Shown here piece by piece: positions 14,958 through 29,195 of a DNA stretch of 64,000 bases. The DNA lies in NCBI RefSeq assembly GCF_009914755.1, contig NC_060936.1; one strand, written 5' to 3'. How positions within the stretch are numbered: the stretch's first letter is position 1; every line of letters begins with the position of its first letter. The stretch is from the human T2T-CHM13v2.0 reference genome, Homo sapiens. A program made the translations under genes and the position numbers. Below the pieces are notes generated by a model. The model was not told the origin of the DNA. It saw nothing but the letters and a program-made list of their open reading frames with translations, and searched no databases.

Positions 14958-16065
14958 TGCAGAAGGTCCAGGGCCTGGCCAAGGGGATGATGCCCTGTAG
15001 CACTTTGCTTTGCAGGAAGGGAACAACTGTGCTGTGAATACCAGGATCCAGGAGGGAGGGAGGGTATATCTGTGTCCCCCAGCTAGGGACAAGGCTTCCT
15101 TAACCTTAGGTCCTCATGCTTATATTAGTTCTTCTCCAACAAAGTTTGACTTTGAGAAGAAGCTGGCACATGGCTGAAATGCACTCACGCGGTTGGGGGA
15201 AGAGTGTTCTTCCAGTCCTCCTCCCCACAGGGCCTCCTGCTTCTCCTAAGTACCTGTCATCAAAGGAGATGAAGATGAATCCCCCTTCAGCCCCCACACC
15301 TCAATGAGTTGTCAAGTACTCTCCCTCCCACTTGAATAGGAAGCAGGAGCAGCAGGCCAGGTTGCAGGTTGAGGAAGTCAGAAGTTAACTTGAGCTGAGT
15401 TTGCAGCTCTGGAGAGATTGAGGAGCAGACTTTTCTCTTGTCACTTTGGAAGGAGAGGATTGTGAGGCTGCCCCTTTAAATAGCATTCCCGTAGGAGGCA
15501 GATCACATCCATCCGTCACCTACTGCCAAAGCATCATTTTTGGTTTCTATCAAACTCAAAGCTTGTTGGAAAGGATTGTGGGGTTAGGGGAGTGAGGAGG
15601 CAGAGCCTCCTAGGGGTAGGGGGCAGTTTAGAAGCTGAAAAGGAGAGGAATGAGAAGGAGCCTGGGAAAGGTGGGGGATGAGGACAAGAGGAAAAGACAG
15701 GGAGAGAATAGTTGTCTTTTGAGCCTCAGAGTGGAACAAGTATACCCAATTCTTATCTGTTTAGAGACGCAGCAAGGTAGAAATGGGATTGTATTGCAAC
15801 AAGAGGAATGAGGTTGAGACTAAACACCAGGACTGGTGACTAAAGAAAGTGAAAGGAGCCACAGAGTGAAAAAGGCTGATAGACTTGGCTCTGGTTTTAT
15901 CACTTACTCTCTGTGAGACCCTATAATTTTTCTGGGTTAGTTTAGTTCTCATTTATTTTTATTTTTACTTTTTCCATCAAACTGTGTTGTCTATGAAGTT
16001 TTCCCATTTATTAAATGAAGGGAATTAGAGTGGATGAACTCTAATGTCTCTTTCACGAATAACTT

Positions 16066-16071
16066 TGTGTG

Positions 16072-16115
<44 letters not shown>
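16066..16115. repeat. (TG)n microsatellite
   Basis: Direct reading. Confidence 0.97.
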
Positions 16116-16118
<3 letters not shown>

Positions 16119-17217
16119 TAGCCTTAAAATGAATCAGGAGCAGGGGGTCTTGGGAGAGCAGGATGTGACACTGTGTTAACAAGAAATGTTGAGAGAGCCC
16201 TCTGGATGTATGTCTTGCCTCTTTCCCACCTATTCTAGTTTAAAGACCTGCCTAAATTTGGAAACTCCTTAGCTCTAATCCTAATTTACTAATTAGAGCT
16301 CTTTAGCACCATCCTAATTTGCAATTCTTTTGTAGTTTCCAGCCCATTTCATTTTCAGTTGATAAGGAGGAGATTGCTCCCAAATTTTCAGAAATGGACT
16401 GTGTAGGAGTGTGACTAGGGTCTCAGATGCAGCCATTTCTTGGCTGGGTCTGGGGAAAAGCCAAGGGATGTGTGCTAAAGGTAGATGGACAGAGGGTGGG
16501 AAGTCCCTTATTATTTCCACTTTTTTCTCCATCTCTGACTCTGCCATCTCTTTCTGCCTCTGTACTTTCTGGGAGCTGGTTCTGCTGATACTTCTGCTGA
16601 ATCTAAATGCTGACCTAACTTGGCAATTCTTTTATGTTAGGAGTCTTAGCTGTGACAGTTCATCCGCTTCTTCGCCCTTCCATTTCACTTCTTTTCTCCT
16701 TCTCTGACTGGGAGAGGAGGAGCCTCCACTCAGTATTTAGAACAGAGTAAATACCTTCTCCTGATCACTCCTCCTTCCAACCTCCAGAATTTTTTGAAAT
16801 TAAAATTCACATTCTGGGATCCTGGATTAGTGGCCTGTTTTGGATTCAGTAGTTAGTGAATATATCTCCACTTTCTGTTGACATAGGAGTTTCCCCAATG
16901 ACAAAGCAGGTGGTCATTAAGGGAGAGAACAATATGGAGCAAGAGAGGTGGTTCCTGCAAGAGTCCTAGGTAGGACTCGGTTGGATGGAGGAGGCTTTGC
17001 CCTTTTACAAGGTCTTGAGTTCAAATTCCAGTTCACTCCTTCCACAAATGTTTATTAACCAGCTAGGCTGTTTTGTGCTGGGCCTTTAGCTCCTAGATTT
17101 CTTTCTCTGAAGACAGAACAGAAAAAATGAGCTGGAAGTGCTTCAGGAGGGGTTTTGATATCAGGAATGCTTTCCTGGCTGTGTAGAGTTATTACCTAGT
17201 CAAAGAAGAAGATGTTA

Positions 17218-17566
<349 letters not shown>

Positions 17567-18149
17567 CTAGGCGGGCAGGCAGAAGTACCATGGAGAAGGC
17601 CACAGTCTTGGAGACAGGTGGGGAAGATCAAGCTGAGGGACCCGAGGCCAAGTGTGGGATGCCATCACAGCTCAGAGCACACCCTGAACTTTTCCAAGAC
17701 AGGAGCACAGGTGGGGTCTGGTCCGACTGGGTTCCGAGTCCAGATCTAGCAGGGAAAGATGTGTGCTCATCCCCTACCCCGCACTCAGACATGGGACACG
17801 CAGGCAGCTAGGCACACGTGGATACATGGAACCACAACCACATACACAGAAACTCAAAACACACGGAGAGAACCCACACAACCACCCACACCGAAGTCCA
17901 GCCCGCCGCCTCCGCTGCACTCTGTAAACACGCACTCACATCCGCCAGTACAGGGCACACGCAGCCACTCGTCCCCGGCGCCTGTGTGCGTGCGCTCGCC
18001 CTTGGGCGCTTCTGTCTGTGTGTGCCCCCGGCTTCCAATCGTTCCTTTGGGAGGGGGAGGAGTGGCTGTGAGGAGTGAGAGACTGGCGGGCAGGCTGAGG
18101 AGAAGGGAGGGAGAGCAGAGGGAGGGGGGAACCCGGCCGGGGGAGGAGG

Positions 18150-18346
18150 AGAGAGGCGAGGAGGCGGCTCTGGCAGCGCGCGGCGGCGGCGGCGGTAGCG
18201 GCAGCAGCAGCGGCGGTGCGGAGAGCTTGGACTGGGAGCCCAAAGCTCGGCTGGGCAGCGGGAGAGGAGGAGCCGCAGGAGCTGCAGCTCTGCCAGCTTG
18301 GGCCGAGCCTAGAGACACCGGCCTGGCTGGTCCACGCCAGCCGCAG
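18150..18346 (+). other. PDE1B: PDE1B non-coding exon 1 (5' UTR; start approximate)
   Basis: CAG|gtggga donor at 18346/7; 87-nt intron to ccgtag| acceptor at 18433. Confidence 0.7.
18178..18217 (+). repeat. Interrupted (CGG/CAG)n trinucleotide repeat in PDE1B 5' UTR
   Basis: gcgcggcggcggcggcggtagcggcagcagcagcggcggt. Confidence 0.85.
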
Positions 18347-18446
18347 GTGGGAAGGGCCTGGGATGGGGGGTGAGGGTCTCTCGGCTGGGGCTGAAGCTGA
18401 GCCGAGGTGCTGTCTCCTCCTTCTGTTCCGTAGACCGTGGCTGAGC

Positions 18447-18559
18447 ATGGAGCTGTCCCCCCGCAGTCCTCCGGAGATGCTGGAGGAGTCGGATTGCCCG
18501 TCACCCCTGGAGCTGAAGTCAGCCCCCAGCAAGAAGATGTGGATTAAGCTTCGGTCTCT
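18447..18559 (+). CDS. PDE1B: PDE1B1 first coding exon; MELSPRSPPEMLEESDCPSPLELKSAPSKKMWIKLRSL
   Basis: agcATGG start; CT|gtaagt donor; recognised PDE1B N-terminus with first half of calmodulin-binding domain 1. Confidence 0.96.
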
Positions 18560-21500
18560 GTAAGTCCCCGGCCCGGGAATGGGGGGAAGGGACCTTAGGG
18601 AGCCTGAGCGGGAGGAGGAGGGGGGATAACTGGAGCAGGGCTGTGGGCTGGTAGATTCTCTTTGGCACAGATGTTGGCAGGTGCGAGGAAGCACGGCCCT
18701 GACACGCGTGGCCAGGCCACATGTGCAAGGCATGTGCGGAGCAAGCTGGCCAGTTGGAGCGGGCTTAGGAGTTGCAAAGGTAACGATGTGCCTGTGCCTG
18801 TGGACCCCAGGCTGACACACGCAGCGCCTAGAGGCAGCACAGTATATGCAGTGTGGCAGGGCTGCAGGAGGGCAGTAGAGGTGCCAGGCTGACTCACACA
18901 TATCCATGTGCAGAGTTGTGCAGATGTGAGCCACATGACATGTGTCTGCATGAGTGAGCGTGGGTCACAGAGGTATGTGGAGTGATTGCACACAGCTGTA
19001 GATCTACTGCATGGGAATACTTGTGCCAACCTGTGGGTCATATGTATCTCAGTTGGGATTGGTAGTTTCTGCCTCATGCACAGGGAGTGGGGTGGGGGTT
19101 ACCCCATGCCTGAGCTGCTCATCTCTTGGGGCCTGGAAACTCACTCTATGTATTAATGATGAGGGGACCCACGTGGAATCTGGAGGGGGGGGTTGGAGCC
19201 CCCACCTGGAAGCTGAAGGAGGTGATGATGGTGAAGAAATATTGATTGACAAAGGCAAGGTAACTGGCTTAATCAGAGGCTTTTTGTTTATATAGGGTCT
19301 TCCAGGATCTCCAAGCACATTTGGGCATCTTTTCCTATTGTTGCAGTACCAGGGCATGTGGGGAGGAATAAATGGGGGAAGGAAGAACTCAGGTATCTGA
19401 TACTCCAGTCCCAGGGGAGGAAAGGAACTTTTCCCCTGCTCCTTAGAAAAAAAAGAGGATTGGGTCAAAGACAAGCCATGCACCATGTTTATCTCCCAGT
19501 CAGCTGCTGCCATTGGGAAATCTCCGCAGTCTGTTGATTCTTAATCAGGGAACAAGAGAAGATGTCCCTCTCTCCGAGATGAATCCATGGCCCCAGGAAA
19601 GAGGAAACAGATAGGAGACTATGGATGTTTAGAGAGGAAACACAGTAAACATAGCCCTGAACCCAGTTCCTCCTCAATGTTCTCCATAGTGAGCACCGAA
19701 GCTTTCTATTTCTGGGTTCTGGGAGAGGGAGAGATGGGGGTAGGGGATGGATAGATGCTTATGTTGTATTGTTCTTTAAATACTTCACCTATGGTGATAA
19801 GATGACACCTTTTTATGGCAGATGGGTCTGATTTATACACTAGCTACTTGGAGAGTCGTTAGGGAGAACTGAGGCATAGTGGGCAACAAGGCTTGGAATC
19901 CAAATGTACTTCTCAGTCCTCCTCCTTGGCTGCCTCTGGCCAATCCAATTTGCTGGGCTCTATGAAGCACAGCCTTGGAATGAGTTCTGGGATGAAGAAA
20001 TGGAAAACCAGATTGAACTGATTTTTGTTGGGAGGAGCACTGTGTGATTCTTGATAGAAAATGACGCTGCGTTAATGGTAAATGAGCTGGGGAAAGGGGC
20101 AGATAAGGAAGTAGTTGAAAGGTAAAGAAGGGCCCCAGGTCCATAAATGGGAGAATTCAGGATGGCTCCCCTAACACTAGTGGCTCATCATACTTACCTT
20201 GCCTGTATTCCAGGTAACAGGGCCCTGCGAAAGCGTGGGTATTACTAGTTTCACTATCTCCCACACATTTCTAACCAAAAGCCTTTCCTGAAAATGAATT
20301 GTTGTTTCTTCCTTTAGTGTGAGAAGTGCTCAGTGGTGAGAGAAGAGGATTCCCAGAAGGAGGCATGAAACCTGGGAAGAGAAGGGAGTAGAGGCATCTG
20401 TCTCTCCAGAGTGCCTTAGCTGAGATGTCCTTACATGAGATTAGGGTGGACAAGGATCCCTATTCTTATTGATTAGATCATTCTGGTCTTCACTCACTTC
20501 AGCAGTCTGGTCCTTAAGAATGCTAGCTTTGTACAATAAATTTACAAGTAAAAAATAAAGCTAGCTACATGTAATATAACTTACCCAAAAAAGTACAATC
20601 TCCGGATTATTAATTGGCAGGAATAGATTCCCAGTCTCACGTCCTTAAAGCAGAGAAAGACCTTGAAATCAAGGTAGATCCCAACTTGATCTATGTTGAT
20701 GGCCTACTGGATTTTGCCTTTTTGAATATTGGGGAGGCTTTGACTATCAGATGAAGGGAAATAAAAGGATTTAGGGCTTTGCTGGGTAAGAGGTGGGAGT
20801 TTCCCAACCCTCTCAATGGGATGGTTTCTGAATAGGTGAGAAAGGAGATGTTCCCCCTTTTAAGTGGAAATAAAGATCCCCCTGCCCCTTTGGTCAAGGT
20901 GGGAAGGGGTTGCTAAGTCTGGAAATAGGAAATAGACATGATTATCTTAGGACTGGGTACTGCTTGGAAATGGAAACATGGCATATATACTTGTATGTAT
21001 TTATCTAACTATCTATCTAGATTCTTCTACTCAACACATCCTATTCCCCCCCTTCTACCCTTTTAATTTCTAATCAGGACATCCAGACTTTCTTCAGGGA
21101 GACTAGGCCTGGTGTTTTTGACTCTGGATAAAAAGCCCACACTAATATAATAGTGCAGGGCAATTTTTTGTTGGGAAGAGCATCCAAGAATTCTGTTTCC
21201 CACACTAAGACCCTGTCAAAAATAAATTCAGAATCTAATCTGTATCATATGAGCTGAAGAGAATCTCTTAACTGTGTGATTTTACCCCTATTTTCAGAAC
21301 AATTTCTCTAATTAAGCAAACTCATAAACTGAGGCATGAGAGAGGGTGAAAGAGGCCATCTGGAGATGATGAGTTGGCCAGGATGATTTTCAGCATCTGT
21401 AACCCTAAGAGGAAGTATTTGACTTGGCTGTCCACCCTTCTCTGAGATCAGAGGGCTTTAGGGAATGGGAAGAAGACCAGAAGAGATAGAAATGATTTTC

Positions 21501-24500
21501 TGTGTCTTTTGTGATTCAAGAAAAACGATGAGCAGACATTGGTTTGCCATCCTCAGCTCATTTATTTATCCAACAACTATTTCTTGAGTGCCTTCTATGG
21601 ACCAGGTGGCATGCTGGATGCTGAGAATACAGTCGGTGGTGGACAAAACAGACATAGTCCCTGTTCCTACAGAGCTTGTAACCTGCTTCAACTCCATCAA
21701 GTGGTGTAGAGAGGCAGGGGGCTCTGTATTCCCTGTTTTGCTACACCCACCAAGTGATGAAATTCTACCACTCTGGGTTTCTGCCTCATTTTTTCTTTAG
21801 GGGGGTTATATACATAGGAAAAGCATAAATATGAGTTCTCTTTTTCCCAGGATGGTACAAACACCACTCTCTTTTCTCTGCTCCAGTTTCTCTTGGAATT
21901 TTACATTTTACAGATGGAACTTCCCCCTTCCTTTGGGACAGTATAGACATAGTCCCTTTCTCTTTTTCTTTCCCCACATGGTACGCACTCGGGACCCTCA
22001 AAGTCTAGGCTCAATGTTCTATGCTGTGGTTCAAGGTCATTATAGATGAGCTGGAGCAGGGACCCCACTGGGGATTATTTTTGCTTATCTTTGTTTCATC
22101 AGAGTCTAGTGTGATACCTTGAACATAACAGGCACTCAATAAATGCTGTTAAATAAAGGAATGAACAAATGAAATAGTGAATATATGTACATATGTTACG
22201 AGGTCCAGTTCTGTCTCTGGTTCTGTGGTGCGTGTATACCTCCGTGTTTGTTGAGTGGCGGGGGGAGGAGTAGGAAATGGAGGTGGAGGAAAGGGAGATG
22301 ATGATGATGCTGTTTTTTTGAGAGGGTGATGCTTAAAAGATATGGGGTTTAGGGACCTCAGGACAGAGCCTGGAACTGAAGGAGTTACAGAGAGGATCCA
22401 GAAACTGTGGCGTTTGGATTGTGTGAATGAGATATGTTAGGATGAAATTGTGAATGCCTGCCTGACACGTATACATGTGTTTGGGTAAAGGTTGATATGT
22501 ATGCTGGGGACAGAGCTCCATGAAGATGTGTCTGTTTTTATAAGTGGCATGTGTAATAATAAATATATTGGGAAGGTGTGCACTTACCTGAATACCTGAA
22601 ATTGTCCTAGTTATGAGATGATGTATGTGTGTATGTAGGTAATGGGATAATACCTATGTGTGATCTTGTGTATGTATTTGTGACACTGAGATTTTTTGAC
22701 ATTCCTGGGGAGATCCAGTGGATGGGAGGAAGAAGCTGAGACTGGGTGCCTCATTGGTTTAACCCTGGCTTTTGCCCTCTTTTTGTATAGGCCCCATGGA
22801 GTGATCTTCTATGGTTCTTACCAGTTTTGAAAATCATGCTGCCATTCTCCTTTTTCTGTCTATGGATGTGGAGCTGCTGTGAAGATTGCAGCATAAACTA
22901 TGGTTCCCTGGACCTCTGGAGAAAAAGGAGTGTCATTTTTCTCATGCCTTGGTGGGGACAGTTTTTTAGTGCTATCCTCAGCAGATTAGTCCTTCTTCCT
23001 CTGCTTCCAGCCATAGCAAAGGGAATCTCTTCTCCCTCGGTTTCATACCCCACTTTTCCATCAAATGTCTCCTGTCTCTATTTCCTCCATCAGCTTTGTC
23101 TTGAATGAGGACTGTGTGGTATCTCTGGGAAGGTAGAGGGTAGAAAATTCCTGCCTTAAGTTGAAGGGAAGGTGCAGAGGTAGGGGATCAAATTCAGCCC
23201 CAAGGAAGAACTTCACAAACCTCTGGTCAGGATAGGTGGCTGGAGGGAGGGAAGCAGGGAGGCAGAGTGGTGGTAGTGGAAGGGCATGGGGAATTTTGGG
23301 AGACTTGAGTTCGAGTTCACATTCTGCCCTAACAATTACAACGGTGTAATCTTTAAGTCACATAGTCTCTCTGAGTCTCAGTTCTTCATTTAATATCATC
23401 ATGTAAAAGTAACTTTGAAATGATAAAGCCTGAAGGTCTTTTTCATCATGGGAGAGCTTGCTTTGTGAAGAGGCAGGGGAATGGGAATGGATGGGCAACT
23501 ATTGGCTGGGATGAGGGAGACAAAGATTCAAGAGGTAGGAATATGAATTACCTAATAGGTTTGAGCCGTGATCGAAGGAGTCTTGTTGATGGTTATCTGG
23601 AAGGAGTGAAGGCATGTGTCTGAACTTAGAGACCAGAAGGATAGGTGGGACTAGAGGAGGGCAATATTATGAAGGATGTGGGCCACTGAGGTCAAAAGAA
23701 AGGAGAGGAACTTCCTCCTTATCATTTTTTCCCAATGGTCAAACTGGAAGTGGATGGAGCAATTGCAGTTCTGAGACATGGTGAGTGTGGGAAGCCCAGG
23801 GGCTGCCATAGGTGGGTTCTATGAACATTGGGGAATTCCCTTCTGACATTTATCCCAAGTCCCTAGGCCTGAGGGTATCATCAGTTATACCACATCCTAT
23901 TTTAGAAAATCACTGAAGTCTCTTAGAATCCAAATATCACTCTGCTTGTCCAGGAGCCTCAGGAGGTGGTTTGAAAAAAGACAGAGGATTCCACATTTGA
24001 GGTTGCATTTGCCACCTTTGCCCAGAGGAAGGCGAAAGAGGTTGGGGATGCATGGGGCTAGAAGGCCAGGTGAGATGCTCAGTAGGAAAGAAGCCTGCAC
24101 ATCTATATAACTACACCCTGCCAGGGAGTTCCTGAAATCAAAGGAATGGTAGCTTCCCTATCTCCCAGATTCCCCCAACCTTTAAATCTTTCTGCCACCT
24201 TCAGACTGGGATGGAGGAGCAGAAAACCTTGAAAACAGGTCTTCCCTCTCTTTTTGAGTCTTTAAAGGAATCCTTGAGAATTTGTGTCCAACTCCTCTGC
24301 TCTCTCTCATTTTCTCTTCTTTGATTCTTCCATCTTCTCCTTTGCCTCATCTTTCTCTGGGTTCTCTTTCGCTATGAGGCTCCCTTTTGCTCTTCTCCCT
24401 TGTCCCACTTCCTCTCTCTGTCCCATTCCTTTTGACTTACCCTTTCGCTCTTGCCATCAGTACTTCTCCTCCCTCATCTTGGCTAGGAGTCAGAAAATCC

Positions 24501-27500
24501 CCGTGGCTCCCTCCCCTCACTGAGGGGTTGCTGTGGTGATGGTACAGGATAAGCTTGCTATAGGTGCCCTCTGGGGCCTTAGGAGTCCAGCCCCGACTCC
24601 TGTCTTCTGCAAGGCGTGTCTTTTGCCTTCTCAGTGACCTCATCCTCCTAGTCCCTCTGGGGAGGAAGCCAAGTAATTGCCTTTGAATCTCAAGGGGCTG
24701 ATTTTTCTCAGGTACGGAAGTTGAGTAGCTATTTTCCAACTCTCTTCAGGATAGCAGCAGAGAAAGAGGGACAAAACCAGGACAGCAGGTGGGGTGGAAG
24801 TGAGACAACTGGGGAGACTGGAAGTTGTTAGATAATGAAATTGTCCCCTAAGGCAGCAAGACTACATGGTCTGAGAGAACTGTGGGACCATTCCTCCGTT
24901 CCTTTGGGAAGGGGCATAGATGGGAATTGAGCAGGGAAAAAAGAGTGACTGAGAAGGGAAAAGGATAAAATCAACTTATTATCCATACAATGCAGGGAGG
25001 TCCTTAGTGCCCCTGCTCTTGCCCCTGTGCCCTAGTATCCCCCAGTCCTGCAACTGCTCCTTTTCCCTCAGCTGGGGTTGCATCTATGGAGCTTATCGCT
25101 GTCTGAGAAGAAAACACCAGGTCCAGATTCCACTTCAGCACTCAGACCTGGCAAAGGTGCACTGAGGGAGATGTGTTGGGGTTTTGGTAGAGAGGAAGGC
25201 TTGGTGGGAAAAGGGTCAGGTTGTTTTTGGGGTAAGGCCTGGGGGCATAGGGCATGGAGAAGAGCTAGAAAGGGGGTGCTTCAGGTGGTGCTGTTGGAAA
25301 GAGCCAGACTTCCAGGTCAGTTGATTCCACAGCTGCAGTGAGAAGTCAGATTTGCAAATAATTATGGTGGCTACAGTGGGGTGATTAGGCTGCCAGCTGG
25401 TGTTGGCACCATTTAGGTTGGGAAGGGAACTTGGCTGGTGGGGGGTTGAGGGCTGGGGGCTGGGGGCTGGGGGCTGGTTGTAGGGAGAGGCTGAGTGATT
25501 CTCTGGCAGGCAGGACCTGGGGAAAGTTTTTCCTTTTATTCCTATTTGTTGGCTTCCCTGCTCCCCTGTTTATCAACTCCTGCATATCTGCTTGGCACCA
25601 TGTCCCTAGTTCTCTTCTCTGTGCCCACCTTGTTTGGAAACTTCTTGTGGCCTGGACTGAGTGAACACACAGGCCAACGGAATTGCCAAACTTCCTAAAC
25701 CATGAGCATCTCTCTTCCAAGCAATTGCTTTAGAAATTCCAATCTGGAAGATGTATAATAAATCAAATTGCACTAGACACCTCAAAGACTTCTTGGTCCC
25801 TCCTATTCTCTCCCCTTCTGCTCTTCTTTGAAATGCCAAGAAAATTTGCTGTTGTTTTTTAAATTGCAGTGAAATAAATTGAAGACAGATATGCAGGAGA
25901 ACTTCCTGGAAAGTTCCTGGAGGTTAGACTGTGGCCTTTCTCTGATAAAGAAAAAATCTACCCTTCTCCTCTAAGCACTGGGTTAGAGCTGATTTGGGGA
26001 AGCAGTGAGCCAGTCAGAAAGGATGAACTCTGGAACTGGGAAATTGAGGCCCAAGCATCCTACTTCCCCAGTGTCTCCAACCCAGTCCCTGAATCTGAGA
26101 ACCATAAAGGCTACAGAGGAGGAACAGATCCCCAGAGATAGTTAGTAAAATCGGGGCAGTGCTGGGACCAGACCCAAATCCTGCTGATCCATAATCTGAT
26201 GCTGCCCTCATCACACTTGCAGTCAGACTCTTGCTAAGCTTTTAATTTACTTTCCCATCCCAGACTACCTTCAACATTTGTTAGGCCCCATGGAAGCAGG
26301 GCATCTGCTGGGAACAGCTGTTAGGATGTAGTTTGGAGGGCTGGTGGGGTGGTCCATGTGGAGGTGGTTAATGAGCAAAATCAAATGGTGTAGGGAGGGA
26401 GGAGAGGGGTGGAGAAATGAACCAGAGAAAGAGTTCTTCTGGACTGGGTACTGGGAGCCTCCTCTTTAGTTTGCCTTCCTCTGACCTTCTCACCCACCCC
26501 TCCCAATTCCTCTCTCTCTCAAGGGCTGAAGTCTGATGGAAAGGTGACTCATTTGTGTTCTTGGCTGGGAGCTGGGACACCTGGGTTCTTATTGGTCTGG
26601 GCTGAGGCTCAAGCTGCTTAGATTATTCCCTTTCTCGTGTGATCTGAGTTGTGCTGGGCTGTTGCTAGGAACACCTGTTAGAAACGGCTTCTGGTCAGAA
26701 GGCACAGGCACAGGAGGAGTCTGAAAGCAGTCTCTCCCACTTCTTCAGTGTGTTCCCAGCTTCTCGAATGCAGCACCTTTCAAATCTCCTTTCCTTTCCT
26801 CCCTGCCCCCTTAATACCTCCTACCCCTTTTCCTCATCTCCCTTCACCCTCCTGGTTTCTGTCCTTCCCCCACTATCTTCCAATCTTCCCTAGGGCCTGC
26901 CCCATTCCCTTTCCTCATCCCACCCCCACCCGTAGCTCCTCTGTCCAGTGCTGAGGGCTCTCTCACCACTGCTGCCATGTCAACAGTGCCTCCCAGGATG
27001 GCAACCCAGCTTTGCCACTGGGGGGCTATTTTTATCTGTGGAGCCACCCCCGCCACAATGCCCAGCCAGCTGCCAGAACTGGGGCTTTCTGTATAGCAAT
27101 GGAAGCCAGAAGCCAGGGGAGTGGGGGAGTGGGAATGCTCGGGTGAGGTGGAGAGCTGGTTGTTCTTGGTTTCTGGAGCTACATGCTCTACATACTCTGC
27201 AGCCTCTGCCTCCACTGCCTCCCCAGGGCCTCTGGAATAAGAAGCCAGAGAGAAGCCCTAAACGTCCAGAGTGGTGGCGTCAGGGAGACTAGAGCTTTCC
27301 CACCAATATCCAGGTGCCATCTGAGGCCTGGATGGAAAGTCAGGGGTCCTGGCTGTAAGAGTGGGCATATGGGACTTTGTTTATGAATGACTCAATGAAT
27401 ATTTGCTGAACTAACTAAAGATTTGGACTAAATAATTATCCTTCATATTCATGTATCACTTTAGGGTTCCCAAGGTGTTCTCATACCATATCTCATTAGG

Positions 27501-27785
27501 TCCTTGTGAAAATTCTGTGAAGCATGTATTACTTACCCATTTTACAGACCAGGAAACTGAAGCTCAGAGTGACTTTCCCAAGGTCACACATAGTAATAAA
27601 ATCTAGGCAAAAGTTTGTGATTTCTTTTTAAATTTAGTTTTTTCTTTTCAACTGAGCTAGCCAGAAAAGTCTCCTGATTTTATAAACTTACGCCCTCTTT
27701 CTATTGGAATTAGATGATTTCCTTGGTTCTTTCAATTTCTGAGATTTTGGAGATTTGAAGTCAGCCAGTGAATCCCTTCCCGAGC

Positions 27786-27846
27786 ACCCACCCCTTTACC
27801 CCCACCCACCCCCACCCCTTTACCCCCATCCACCCCCACCCCTTTT
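27786..27846. repeat. C-rich ~24-bp minisatellite (about 2.5 copies)
   Basis: cacccctttacccccacccacccc repeated. Confidence 0.85.
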
Positions 27847-29084
27847 CTCTTACCAGAGGCAGAGTCTCCCATCCTTTGTTTCCTACCTCAACCTTATTCT
27901 TCACTGCAGGCTGGGCAGGCATTAGAGTTGGGTTCCTTTCTATTTTTAAACTACATTTAAGGGCTAAAGGAAAATCCATACTGGACCCTTTGTTGAGGTC
28001 ATCACATTTATGTCCTGCCTGCCAGCCAGGTGACAGTCTCCTTAGAGGTAGAGTGTGGGGTGTGTGTATATGTGTGTGTAAGTGTCTATGTGTGAAATTT
28101 TTCCTCAGGAAGGGATGATGGTTGATCATTATCCCTCCTTATTAGGAAGAGTAAATAATAATAACAGGCTAGGGCAAAGTATGCAGCATGCATACCTGGG
28201 CTGAAGTGGTGAGCAGCCATTCGTCCAACCAGCTTTGGTTCTAATGGGTAAGAGAGGAGAGGAATGGACAAGATATCCTCTTCGAGGCTTTTCTAGTCTA
28301 AGAAATCTTTACTTTTCATTAGGAGAGTTGAGGTTAGCACTTACTTGGCTAGAGTGGCAGGGTCTGGAGTGAGGGTACAAGACGAGGCAGGGAAGTTGGC
28401 CTGGGTTGGAGGTTATTAGTGTTTCAGGCTGTGTGCTGCCATCTGCCCCCACTCTCAGCCCCATCCTGCAACGCAAGCATGTCCACAGAACATGCCAAAT
28501 GACCTGTCCTCATCTCCTGGGTGGCATTCAGGGTCTCTGACACTGGGTCTAGTCCTTTCTCTCTAAAAACACTCATCAGCTTGTGGTCATTGTGGGGAGG
28601 GTGGTGGTGGGACACAGAAAGAGATGGATACAGAGAGAGTGGGTTTCTTCCCTCCCAAGATCTGCAGCAGCCCTGCTTCACGGCTACCAGGTGTTCACTA
28701 GAGAACAGCCTTAAGATATTTGACTTCCACTCCTCTTGTTGAGATCGAAGCCCACTTCCACTTGTCCCAGTACTCAGTGGAACTGAGAAACAGCAGGTTC
28801 CCAAACTTCATTTATTTCTGATTCTTCAAGGCTTTGGCATAATGACAAGGTATTTTCATTTCTTCCTGCTTTTGACGGGTTGGGGTAAAGGGAAAACTTC
28901 CTGTTATAAAATCCTAGCTCTTGGCCTGTGTCTTCTCTTTTCCCTTTCTGCTGACATACTCAACCCCATTAGTTCCTTTTCCTCTTTACCACATCACCCG
29001 CAGCCATAGACCTACATCTAAGAGATTGCAGATCCCTGAACTCTTTTCCCCAATGCGTTGGGCTTCACCCGCCAGCTCTTCTCC

Positions 29085-29195
29085 TTAGCCCCGCCCAACT
29101 CCTCAGCTGGCCAATCACGGCCCCAGCGTACATGTATTGGTGGCGTCATCTCCCAGCCAATCAGGAGGCGGGCTGGGACTGTGTGCGCACGTCCA
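29085..29195. promoter_or_regulatory. Intronic promoter-like module: GC box, three CCAAT boxes, half CRE, GC box
   Basis: CCCCGCCC 29089, ggCCAATca 29111, ATTGG 29136, GCGTCA, agCCAATcag 29157, AGGCGGG, TGCGCA; local CpG enrichment. Confidence 0.6.

Larger units (their letters stand above)
17880..18830 (+). promoter_or_regulatory. PDE1B: CpG-island promoter of PDE1B (PDE1B1 form)
   Basis: Dense CpG/GC-rich stretch surrounding non-coding exon 1 and first coding exon. Confidence 0.85.

Noticed and set aside
17759-18934. Long ORFs on both strands (204, 216 and 332 aa)
   Set aside because: Stop-poor CpG island; low-complexity G/A/P/R peptides with no recognisable domain
20190-22590. Perfect minus-strand splice donors at ~20191 and ~22581
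   Set aside because: No matching acceptors or exon chain could be established; expected by chance in 64 kb
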